Below, piece by piece: positions 47,100 to 58,700 of a stretch of DNA of 64,000 nucleotides (position 1 is the first letter of the stretch; each line of letters opens with the position of its first letter). This DNA is from Macrostomum lignano (taxonomy: Eukaryota): positions 62,001-126,000 of the forward strand of contig NIVC01001392.1 in assembly GCA_002269645.1 (NCBI GenBank), in the 5' to 3' direction. The notes below the pieces were generated by a model, which ran no database searches, was not told the DNA's origin, and was given only the letters and a program-made list of their open reading frames with translations. Both the position numbers and the translations under genes were made by a program.

Positions 47100-48373
47100 C
47101 ACGACTGCATATTCTTTTAAACAAAAATAATGTTCATAAAAATTAATTTATTTGAAAAAACATGTGGTTTAATAATTTTTCCTCCTATTTGGGGAGACAA
47201 CAAAAATAATTTGTTTTGTTACTTAACATGATATCGATCTGTTTAACTGTCACGTTAGAAAAAGTAAAAATTTCTATCGTTCATCGTTTCATTGTTGCGC
47301 ATTTTGCAGCCAAAATACACTAACACTAAAATCCCGATCATAATAACTTAAGCATTTAGTATTAGTTGTTAAAATATTATTAAGAGCGCATAGTAATGAA
47401 ACTGATCAATGGAACTATGATACATCGCTAGCTCTCCTGAAATATGAGGATCCTTAGCTTGCCGCAAATTGTACATGTTCATGTACAATTTTACATACAA
47501 CAAATTAAAATATCTTTTATGTACTCAAGATATAGTTTAAATAACGAGATTAAGGAAATTTGGGTTGTTATTCTGAATTTATCTGCCGTAGAAGGCTGGC
47601 TATACATATACTCAGCAGCATTGAAAAGTCCCCACTCTATGCGTTAGAGAGCAATTCTCTTGGACTATTCTGAAATAAAAGATGCGAGAAAACTGAGGGG
47701 TAGCTTAATCCGTCCAACCCTTGTACGTACTGTATATTCATGTACATGTGCCGCGCCGATCCCCCGATCTCTTCATTCCTCAACCCATGTCCGTCGCGGA
47801 CATGTAGCTAAGCTGCGTCACTCACAAAGATTGAGAGACTTTACCTGCACTCTCAAAAGTGGTGACCACAGGCAGAGAAACTACTTTGATGCAGCCTTTT
47901 AAATGTTGCTGAGTATAAGAGTATAATTCTTGGCTGAGTGAGGAAGACGAGTAGCAGAGAATAATGTGGTTGCACGCATATGGCTCTCAGGCATGCAGGA
48001 AGCAAGTACTACTATACTCAGGCAGATGCGCAGCCTGTGGAATATCAGCCTTCAATTATTTCCTGTTACCTGGGTGCCCGAGTCCTTCGATTCTACTATT
48101 ACAGTGGTCCTTGCATGGGCTTATATACATGTACATGTACAATTGCAACTCTGTGTATAAAACGGTTGCATGAAGGAAATGCTTGCGTCTAATTAGAGCA
48201 AGGCAAGTATTTATTTTATCAGTACAAGTTCTAACGCTGACGAAAGCGCCAGCGCAGAATTCGCGGCAATTATTAAGTCGAATGCATTAAATGATACGCC
48301 ATTTGAAAGCACAACACAATAGCTCGTACCAACCAGACCTAGAGCACCCACGATATTTGCATTTTCTCTATAT

Positions 48374-48838
48374 CAGGGGTCGGCAAACTGCGGCCCGCGG
48401 GCCAGATCCGGCCCGCGTCATCTTCAAGTCCGGCCCGCAGCACTCTTACTATCTGACAATGTAAAAGTGGCCCGCGAACCAATTTTGTGTTGAAACATTC
48501 AACTTTTCAAGCAAAATTAGCTTTCACCTCGGCATTCCTATCACAATACTGTGTCAATTTCAATTGTCGTGATTTACCCTCGTGTCGTGATTTGGCAATT
48601 AACTATAACAAACAATTTAGCTGCCAGTACATGTTAAACTGTTGGATCGTTCACTTGTTTACATTTTTACTCTAAAATTAGAAATGAATTAAATTCAAGC
48701 GAAAAAATAATTTAACAAACGATTCTATAGGATACCAAATTGTCATTTATAGCCTCAATTTGTTGTGCATTTTTTTGGCCCGCCACCTCAGCCAGTCGTC
48801 CAATCCGGCCCGCACTGAAAAAAGTTTGCCGACCCCTG
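48374..48838. mobile_element. hAT (Charlie-like) MITE, 465 bp
   Basis: Perfect 16-bp TIRs CAGGGGTCGGCAAACT / AGTTTGCCGACCCCTG, perfect 8-bp TSD CTCTATAT (48366-48373, 48839-48846), and subterminal GGCCCGC repeats. Confidence 0.95.
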
Positions 48839-50204
48839 CTCTATATGCTAATTGTACTGTACTCCTACATGTACGTCAATCATATACTTCTGGCTCCTTA
48901 CCTCTGCTCCAGATAGGCGGACAACTAAGAATGTCACTAGTTGGCACTGGCTAAACTACAGCACATGTACAAAATAAACAAAAATAGACATGACAACAAA
49001 ACAGAGACAACAGTTTGACTGTTCTAAGAGATTTATTAATAATATAATTCAGAACGAAGCGCTTACTATAAATAACATAATAGGTAGCAAAGCATATTCG
49101 AGTGCTTTTTATTAAATTGCTTTATATAAAGATGACTTAAAAAAGTTATCATAATTTTTTTCAGATAAAAGGAATATACCAATAATAATAATAATTATTA
49201 TTATCATGCGCCAAGTTCGTAGCAAAGCAGCATAAGGAAGACAAACTGCGTTACGCCAACAGTTTCAGACAGAGCTACAGTGTGTCATTTCATTTATTAA
49301 AAGTACATTGAGGTCCTAACTTCTGTTAGCGATTATCTAAGTAACGATTATTAAATAATAATAAAAAGGAGAGAAGTTTGGTTGTGAATAGATTATAGAG
49401 TCAGAGCAGGTATCAATCGTGTATCCGTGCATCTGTAAACAGTATTATAAGCATATAACACGCATCATTACAGCAAAACAAAATAGAGTTTTTCCCCCAA
49501 AAAATCACCACTTTCAAAGTTCACCAGGAGTCAGGCAAATGAGAAACATGTTTGTGAGAAGGAATCTCTACTAAAATTAATTTTAAACAAAAAACACGGC
49601 CACTCGCGGCAGTAGGCCAGTGCGATCAAGCAGTCAATTATCAAAATACTTAATTATACTCAAATGGACCTCGCAAATAAAAAACACAAATTAAAAATTG
49701 GTACCCTTTAATAGCAGCTGGACTGCAGCAGAACATTGGTTAGAAAAACATTGCGCAGTAAATAGAACTACAAATTAAAATGATATATATATTATATATA
49801 GTAACACGGCAGTTCCATCAGTTAAAACACATGACAGGTTATTAAACGCATTGAAGACGCTAAGTAGGAGGACATTGGTCAGCACTTCAGCTCAACAAGA
49901 GTTTATTGCTATTCGATGTAATGCGGAACCTAGCTTAAGCTTAATATAAGCCCCTGGCAAAATGGGTAAGGGGGGGTGGAACTTGAAATCCTCACCAATA
50001 GGAATAAACTATATTTCAGAGACTTACAGGCACATCATTCAAATAATACATTATCGATAGAACGACACAACGGCAGTACCAAGTAATTATTAAAAGAAAG
50101 TTCAAATACTACAGGCAGTTTATCTTCATCAAGCATTAAAAGTGGGTCTCAAAGATTTTTTTGATTGTAAATTTTAAATAAAGTCGGAAACCCGTTCTTA
50201 ATGT

Positions 50205-50740
50205 CGGTATCGGTAACCCAAACTTAATGTCGGAAACCTGTTTTCTAAATGTCGGAAACCCGTTTTCTAAATGTCGGAAACCCGTTTTTTAAATGTCGGA
50301 AACCTGTTTTCTAAATGTCGGAAACCCGTTTTCTAAATGTCGGAAACCTGTTTTCTAAATGTCGGAAACCCGTTTTCTAAATGTCGGAAACCCGTTTTCT
50401 AAAAGTCGGAAATCCGTTTTCTAAATGTCGGAAACCCGTTTTCTAAATGTCGGAAACCTGTTTTCCAAATGTCGGAAACCTGTTTTCTAAATGTCGGAAA
50501 CCTGTTTTCTAAATGTCGGAAACCTGTTTTCTAAATGTCGGAAACCTGTTTTCTAAATGTCGGAAACCTGTTTTCTAAATGTCGGAAACCCGTTTTCTAA
50601 ATGTCGGAAACCCGTTTTCTAAAAGTCGGAAATCCGTTTTCTAAATGTCGGAAACCCGTTTTCTAAATGTCGGAAACCCGTTTTCTAAATGTCGGAAACC
50701 CGTTTTCTAAATGTCGGAAACCCGTTTTCTAAATGTCGGA
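50205..50740. repeat. 22-bp minisatellite (AAATGTCGGAAACC(C/T)GTTTTCT)
   Basis: About 24 direct repeats located downstream (3') of WAVE. Confidence 0.97.
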
Positions 50741-51022
50741 AGAGAAACAAGTTTTCGATGACCAGCCGGTTTTCAAAAGTATTTTTGAGGGCTCACAGGA
50801 TTTCCCATATTGTTTCTTGGTTGTCCCACCTCATACTAATTAAAATTTCATTTTCCAATATTGGACACCCAATATAGGCTGGGTGTAAAATAAACATGTA
50901 GAGCAGTAACTAATAGCTGAATAACAATATTTAATAATAATAATACTCTGGAAAAGAATATTTAACACCAAACAGGAGAACACAACACGCAACTAGCTAG
51001 CAAATAGTTAGCAATAAATTTT

Positions 51023-52744
51023 TTAGTCCTCTTCAGAGCCCCAGTCCTCGGAGCCGCCAGACTCAGAGTCAGATTCTGGCTGAATATTCGGCCTGATAGC
51101 GTTCAGGGCATCGAATATGGCCTGCACATCGCAGTGCTGCTTGGCCCGGCTCCGTATGGTATTATAGCCGCTAGTGATCTGCGGCACGGCTGACACTTTC
51201 TTCAATTCGATTCCTTTGCGAATCTGATCCAACAGGTTGCCGCCCTGCTGCACTGGTGGCGCTGGCGGCGGCGGCGCGGGCGGCGGAGGCGGCGGAGCAG
51301 CCGCTGCAACAGCTGCCGGCGGCCGGGCACCAGCTGCCTGAGACGTCGGCGGCGCTGGCGGCGGCGGCGGCGGTGGCGGGGGAGGCGGCGGCGGCGGAGG
51401 CGGAGGCGGCGGAGTCACAGCTGGCAAGCCGGCGCCAAACACTGAGTCGGGCGGCGGCGGCGGCAGCATGTCGATACTGGCGCCTAAATCGGTCGTGGCC
51501 GCGCCCTGCTGAGCCAATGGCAGCGGCGGCGGCGGCAGAGCCGAGTCGCCTGGCGACGCTGACAGGCCGTGCATCGCCTGCTGCCTGTCGGCGTAGATAG
51601 CCTGATCGTCAACGTACTGGCGCATCGGGTGGCGCTGGCTCAGGCCTGGAGCAGGCGGTTTCGGCGGCCCCGGTTGCTGCTGCTGCTGCTGCTGTTGCTG
51701 CTGCGAAGCCGGGGTGGCGTAGCCATAGCCTTGAAGACTGGGCATCGGCGGCGGTGGCCGCAGGTCGTCCTCCTCCGAATTGAGAACAGGCGGAGGCGGC
51801 GGTGGGGCCTGACGATAGCCACCATCCTGCTGCTGTTGATAGTGCTGCTTTTCAGCATCTGATGGCGAAGCTTGAGCAGGAGCCGGGGGCGGCGGCGGAG
51901 ACACCTGCGGTTGCTGCTGCTGCTGCGTCGGCTGCGGTGGCGGCGGCGGAGACGGATAAGAGGTCTGCAGCTGCTGCTGGGTGCTGCTAGCAGAGACATA
52001 ATGGTTGCCAGCCGAGACAGGCGGCACAGAGCCATTGGCAGCAGCAGCTGGCGGAGGAGCCGCGGCCGGAATGAACTCAACGCCCTTCTTCATGTGCTCA
52101 TAGTCTGGCCTGGCTGGCTGGGCCCGAGTTCGCTTCTTTCTCTTGTGCTTGCCGGCGCTTTTGTGCCCGCCGCCGCCGGCTCCGCCAGCGTGGGCCGCCG
52201 GCCGCAGCGACTTCTGCGCCTCCTCGAGCATCTGCTTGGCCCACAGGTCGAAGAAGAACTCGGGATCCGAGTAGATCTTCATGCTCTTACGCCCGTCATC
52301 GCGCAGCGGGTCCAGCTTGTACAGATCCGGCGGTGTCTCGCAGGCTTTGTACAGGCTGGCCACCGAGGCGGGCATGGAGTCCGGCCGCACCAGACCCGAC
52401 TGGACAGTCTGGTCCGACTCGAACCGGTCGGCGCCGGACACGGTGACAAAAGTGTCCGAATCTGAGTTGAGCAGATCGGATTTATCGTGCAGCCGTTTAA
52501 CCCGCTGGCTGACCGCGGCAGTTCGAGCGGCTAAAGCCGACATTTCGGAGGTTAATTCGCGAAATATGTCGCTAGTGTGCCGGCTGAATGAGCTCATCTG
52601 CTCGATGAGGCGGCTGAGGGTCAGGTTGTTAGTGTACTGCAGCTCGTCCGCTACTTTGGGCCGCTGCTGTTGGCCGCCGGCCGCTTCGGCCGTTTCAACC
52701 CGACTGATTGCGGTCGGCTCGACAAGACGCTTGACAAACGGCAT
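51023..52744 (-). CDS. WASF: WAVE/SCAR family actin nucleation-promoting factor, 573 aa, intronless CDS
   Basis: N-terminal WHD (MPFVKRLVEP, LS.LIEQMSSFSRH.SDIF.EL, PPDLYKLDPLRDDG..SMKIYSDPEFFFDLW), basic KHKRKKR, long poly-Pro region, WH2 (NLLDQIRKGIELKKV), central helix, and acidic Trp tail (SEDWGSEED). Confidence 0.95.
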   Translation of the reverse strand: MPFVKRLVEPTAISRVETAEAAGGQQQRPKVADELQYTNNLTLSRLIEQMSSFSRHTSDIFRELTSEMSALAARTAAVSQRVKRLHDKSDLLNSDSDTFVTVSGADRFESDQTVQSGLVRPDSMPASVASLYKACETPPDLYKLDPLRDDGRKSMKIYSDPEFFFDLWAKQMLEEAQKSLRPAAHAGGAGGGGHKSAGKHKRKKRTRAQPARPDYEHMKKGVEFIPAAAPPPAAAANGSVPPVSAGNHYVSASSTQQQLQTSYPSPPPPPQPTQQQQQPQVSPPPPPAPAQASPSDAEKQHYQQQQDGGYRQAPPPPPPVLNSEEDDLRPPPPMPSLQGYGYATPASQQQQQQQQQQPGPPKPPAPGLSQRHPMRQYVDDQAIYADRQQAMHGLSASPGDSALPPPPLPLAQQGAATTDLGASIDMLPPPPPDSVFGAGLPAVTPPPPPPPPPPPPPPPPPPPAPPTSQAAGARPPAAVAAAAPPPPPPAPPPPAPPVQQGGNLLDQIRKGIELKKVSAVPQITSGYNTIRSRAKQHCDVQAIFDALNAIRPNIQPESDSESGGSEDWGSEED

Positions 52745-53060
52745 TGCCAGGCGGTGTGGCGACTGGGATAAGTGAGATGACCGAGCAAGACTGCCTGTGC
52801 TGCACTGCGATTTTACTGGCCAACTGTGCGCATCAGTTTGTGAGCCAGTTGTGTGTCATAAGTTGAGAAAATTAGATAAATAAAATACATTTTCAATGCA
52901 GTTTTACCCACCTCTTACCCATCTCTACCCTACCTTAAGTCTGCATACTTCATGTTTACAGATTACTCAAAGTTTGCAATTGAAAGAAGTATTTAAATTC
53001 CAAGAACCTCAATTCTACCTAACATAAGTTAAAAGTAATAATTTATTAAAGTATAAGAGT

Positions 53061-53228
53061 CTCTAAAAATAATAATTCCCATGTTTTTGTTTCTAATTTT
53101 AATAACCTACTTAGTTATTTGTCAATTATATATATTAATTAGTATTTAATTATTTAGATATAATTGACAAATAACTAAGTAGGTTATTAAAATTAGAAAC
53201 AAAAACATGGGAATTATTATTTTTAGAG
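53061..53228. repeat. Perfect 70-bp inverted repeat with 28-nt spacer
   Basis: 53061-53130 is the exact reverse complement of 53159-53228 (checked base by base). Confidence 0.97.
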
Positions 53229-54728
53229 ATAATATTTTATTTTATAGATAATTATAATTATATAATTATATTTTATAGATAAACCAGAAATCATAAACCA
53301 TCCAATTAACAAAATGCAGTCATGCTGACTGGAAAGATGGTTAAAACTTTAACTGTCTTACTATTAGATGTTTAAATATTAAAGCTAGGTTATCAATTAT
53401 TGCATTTCCCTAAAATATTATACAAAATAAAATTATACCAACAAAAATGATATCTTACTATAAGTTTTCATATAACTGACAAATTTTGGTTATGAAAAAG
53501 CAGCTTTACAATATATATAACTGAATTTAATTTCTTTTTTTCTCAAAAAGTTATTTAGTAAAGGTACACAAAAAAGTACTTGGTAAAATATAGAATTTGT
53601 AGCAGAATTGTAAATTGTAGAATAAACTGCAGATTCCATTAACTTCAAATAAAGTGTGAATGTAGGATGGCTAAAGTACACTATGACCATAGTCAGGAAG
53701 ATGGCCTTTTTCATGGAAAATTCCAAAGCAAAAATGGTTGGATGTGTGCCATGTTGACACATTCCAGTACAATAGCAAGCAAGGGGGAAAATCTAGCACA
53801 GTATTGTGCAAGACAAAAAATTGGTACAATTTGTTGCAAAACAAAATTTTTGGTAAGACAATATTTTTGCACACAGAAAATTAGTATACAATTGGCAAAA
53901 ACGCGATCAAAATCGGTGAAGAATTGCAGTCTCTAGAGCGTTATGGACAAGCATACAAACAAACAAATATTAGAGATTTAGTATATTTAGATTTCTTTTT
54001 ATTAGCACTTTTTTGTTTGCTGGTTATGATGGCTTTTTTAATTAAAATATAATAACATTGCAGTTTCTATGAAACAGATTCAAATACAAGTTTTACTAAA
54101 ATTTATTCTAGTGCAGGTGTGCCATGATCTTAACTATGACACTATTAACTATATATAGCTCGTATATAATCTTATAACAATAAAACCTTTAAAAAATGAC
54201 CAAACTGCTAAAGAAAAAATATTAAAATGTTTTTAATACTTATTAGCTATAGTATTCATAAAAACCTATATTTATTACTTTGAGTAGGCCTACTAATAGA
54301 TGCTACTGTTTCTAGTTCAGTTTTCCTTAATATAGAATCATTTCATATTATAAATTTCTTTTTATATAGGCCTATGCATATATATCTTTTTCATATAGTT
54401 ACATTACTATAATATAGCTATATATATTTTATAAAAAATATTAAGAATTGATACATGTGATATTTTATATATATTAGTAGCTTATCAATTCCAAAAATTA
54501 TAATTTTTGGATTCCTATATTAAATTTAGCATTTTATACTTCTATTTTTAAGTAAGTAGAATCTAAAATATTTTTAAACAAAAAATGTGTCCCATTTCTA
54601 TGTCATTCTATAATTTACCATTCTACTATAGATTCCATATTTTACTATGCTATTCCATTCTAATTTTGCTGTAGATTCTACATTTTACTAGGTACAAACT
54701 CAAGATAGTAGACAAAATGACTCTAGAT

Positions 54729-54904
54729 CATGCTTGGGTGCAACCTAGGGATTCACCTGGCCATTTCTATTGGTAACACACACATGTAAGTTGCTATTGG
54801 ACAGAATAGTAGTCACATGACTGCTCTTAGCCAATAGTGACTTGCATGTGTGTGTTGCTAATAGAAATGGCTGAGTGATTACCAAGGTTGTGCATGTATA
54901 TATG
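54729..54904. mobile_element. Degenerate hairpin MITE flanked by 8-bp direct repeat CTCTAGAT
   Basis: CTCTAGAT at 54721-54728 and 54905-54912; CAT...ATG ends; internal ~40-bp imperfect inverted repeat (CCATTTCTATTGGTAACACACACATG... / ...CATGTGTGTGTTGCTAATAGAAATGG). Confidence 0.6.
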
Positions 54905-55021
54905 CTCTAGATCTAGGGATACCTGGATTTGCCTATGAATAAAAAATCAATTCTGTATTTTTTAGAATTTTATATGTCTTTTGAAGTTTTGCTCTTTATT
55001 ATTTTTTATATTGATTTCAAA

Positions 55022-55317
55022 CATACATGCGCAACAGTCGGCCGAGTCGGCCGATCCGGCCGACTGATTTGGCAGCCAACCAAGGAAGTCGCAAAAATGC
55101 CCACCCAAAAAATACCCACGCAGTAGTACTAAGTAGCTGACGAGGCATTTTTGCCTGATAAGACAGTCATAGTTACTCCCGCCGTTTACCCAAAGTTGCG
55201 TTAATTTGCTTTAGGGTTTTTTTACATGTAAGTCGCATTTTTGGCCAAAAACTACGTCGCATTTTTGTTAAAACTAAGTCGCACGGCCGACCGAATTTTG
55301 GACGTTGCGCATGTATG
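55022..55317. mobile_element. hAT-type MITE, 296 bp
   Basis: Perfect 14-bp TIRs CATACATGCGCAAC / GTTGCGCATGTATG, 8-bp TSD ATTTCAAA (55014-55021, 55318-55325), and subterminal CGGCCGA repeats. Confidence 0.92.
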
Positions 55318-55740
55318 ATTTCAAAACTGACTAAAATTTAGTGCATAGGCTGCATACATAAAGGCAGGCTGTTGTGCTAATACTAACTAAGGGGCTAATA
55401 TTAGCTAGGGGGCTAACTATCAACTCTTTTTTGACTTCCTCAAGGCCTTTGACTTGGTGGCACGTGGCGGCTGCCTTATGTGCTCCATGCCTACAACTGG
55501 GTTTTTTTTGCCAGAGACAAGGTGCGAAATCGCACCTTGTGCCAAATTTCAAGGTGCAATTTTAAGGCTCAGAGTGCAATTTCTCTTGAGTCTTGTTTCA
55601 GACAACTGGGAATATATATTTTAATATCTTACATAAGGCTATAGCCATAGGCTATATCGCTTATATGACTTAATAGGATTTAAAGAGTTATTTTGTTTCA
55701 CATTTTAAGGCAGTGCATGAAAAATAGCTTAAGCATGGTT

Positions 55741-58700
55741 AAGCCTTTAAAGAAAAATGGTTATAAGACCGCACCTAAACCGCACCAACTTTTTTAATGT
55801 CAGGGTGCGATTTTAAAATTTAGGGTGCATACTAGCAATCTTCGCCCCCGATGGGGGACATCTGGATAGAATCCTTGTTCTTTACAAATAACAAATAGAC
55901 AGCAAAATAAAGCCTTCATAAAAAACAACAGACATTCCCTCTAAAAACAAAACATCCCAAGACAGCAAGCATCCTCAGAAAGCATTCAAGCATCGATCCC
56001 CAAATAGCAAAATCCTCCAGACTGCAAGCATCCCCCAGATAGCAAGCATCTCCCCGATAGCAAGCAACCCCAGATAGCAAGCATCCCCCAGATAGCAAGC
56101 ATCCCCCAGACCCCAGATAGTAAGCATCCCCCAGACTGCAAGCAACCCCTGATAGCAAGCATCCCCCAGATAGCAAGCATCCCCCAGACCGCAAGCAACC
56201 CCGGATGGCAAGCATTAACCTGGATACAAAGAGACCTTATAGATATCTAGCAGCCCCCTCTTAGATAGCAAGTACCCTCCACCCCCAAGAGCAAGCATCT
56301 CCCAATAGCAAGTTACCCCAGTAGCAAGCATCCTTCCGATAGCAAGCATCCCCTTGATAGCAAGTATCCATCCTTAAATAGCAAGCATCCACCAGAGAAA
56401 GTAGCTAGTGCAACAATTTCCTTAGATTTATAGTGGCTAAATTTTGTTTGGCATGAAACTTCTTTTATGTTTGAAACGGTGTCTCTTTTATGTTTAAAAA
56501 GGTGGCTCTTTAATGTTGACATAGTGGCTCTTTTATGTTTACCATGGCGGCCCTTTTACGTTTGAAATGTTGTCTCTGTTATGTTTAACATGATGGCTCT
56601 TCTATGTTTGACATGGTGTCTCTTCTTTGTTTGACATGGTGGCTTAGTTGTTTGACATGGTGGCTCTTTTATGTTTGACATGCAGTCACATATATGTTTG
56701 ACATGATGGCGCTTTAATGTTTGACATGGAGTCACGTATATGTTTGACATGGTGGCTCTTTTATGTTTGGCATGGTGGCTCTTTTATGTTTAACATGGTG
56801 GCTCTTTAATGTTCGACATGGTGGCTCTTTAATGTTTGACATTGAGTCACGTAAATGTTTGACATGATGGCCCTTTTATATTTTACATGGTAGCTCTTTT
56901 ATATTTTACATGGTGGCTCTTTATGTTTGACATGGTGTCTCTTCTATGTTTGACATGGTGGTTCTTTAATGTTCGCCATGGTGGCTCTTTTATGTTTGAC
57001 ATGGTGTCTCTTCTTTGTTTGACATGGTGGCTAAGTTGTTTGACATTTGGCTCTTTAATGTTTGACATTGAGTCACGTATACGTTTGACATGATGGCGCT
57101 TTAATGTTTGACATGGAGTCACATATATGTTTAAAATGGTGGCTCTTTTATGTTTGGCATGGTGACTCTTTTATGTTTGACATGGTGGCTCTTTAATGTT
57201 CGACATGGTGGCTCTTTAACGTTTGACATTGAGTCACGTACACGTTTGACATGATGGCTCTTTTATATTTTACATGGTAGCTCTTTTGTATTTTACATGG
57301 TGGCTCTTTAATGTTCGACATGGTGGCTCTTTAATGTTTGACATGGTGGCTCCTTAAGGTTTGACATTAAGTCACGTATATGTGGCTGTTTTATGTTTGA
57401 CATGATGGCTTTTGTAAATTTGACATGGTGGCTCTTTTATGTCTGACATGGTAGTTCTTTTATGTTTGACATAGTGGCTCTTTACTATTTGAGATTGAGT
57501 CACGTGTATGTTTCACATGGTGGCTCTTTTATGTTCGACATGGTGGCTCTTTAATGTTTGACGTGGTGGCTCTTTAATGTTTGACATGATGGCTCTTTAA
57601 TGTTTGACATAGTGGCTCTTTAATGTTTGACATGGTGGCTCTTTAATGTTTGACATGATGGCTCTTTAATGTTTGACATAGTGGCTCTTTAATGTTCGAC
57701 ATGGTGGCTCTTTAATGTTTGACGTAGTGGCTCTTTAATTTTTGACATGGTGGCTCTTTAATGTTTGACATGGTGGCTCTTTAATGTTTGTCATGGTTGC
57801 TCTTTAATGTTTGACATGCTGGCTCTTTAATGTTCGACATGGTGGCTCTTTAATGTTCGACATGGTTGCTCTTTTATGTTTGACATGGTGGCTCTTTAAT
57901 GTTTGACTTGGTGGCTCTTTAATGTTCGAAATGGTGGCTCTTTAATGTTCGAAATGGTGGTTTTTTAATGTTTGACATAAAAACACCTATATGTTTGACA
58001 TAAAGTCACTGATATGTTTGACATAAAGTCACTTTTACGTTTGACATAGTGGCTCTTTAAAGTTTGACATGGTGGCTCTTTAATATTCTACATGGTGGCT
58101 CTTTAATGTTCGACATGGTGGCTCTTTTATGTTTGACATGGTGGCTATTTAATGTTCGAAATAGTGGCTCTTTAGTGTTTGACACGGTGGCTTTTTAATG
58201 TTCGACATAGTGGCTCTTTAATATTCTACATTCTGGCTCTTTTATGTTCGATATGGTGATTCTTTAATTTTCCTTTAAAGAAAGCCTTTAAAGAAAAATG
58301 GTTATAAGACCGCACCTAAACCGCACCAACTTTTTTAATGTCAGGGTGCGATTTTAAAATTTAGGGTGCATACTAGCAATCTTCGCCCCCCGATGGGGGA
58401 CATCTGGATAGAATCCTTGTTCTTTACAAATAACAAATAGACAGCAAAATAAAGCCTTCATAAAAAACAACAGACATTCCCTCTAAAAACAAAACATCCC
58501 AAGACAGCAAGCATCCTCAGAAAGCATTCAAGCATCGATCCCCAAATAGCAAAATCCTCCAGACTGCAAGCATCCCCCAGATAGCAAGCATCTCCCCGAT
58601 AGCAAGCAACCCCAGATAGCAAGCATCCCCCAGATAGCAAGCATCCCCCAGACCCCAGATAGTAAGCATCCCCCAGACTGCAAGCAACCCCTGATAGCAA

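Noticed and set aside
55137-55162. Hammerhead-like CTGACGA-GGCA-TTTT-TGCC motif
   Set aside because: The required GAAA after stem II is absent (TGAT), and no stems I/III were found.
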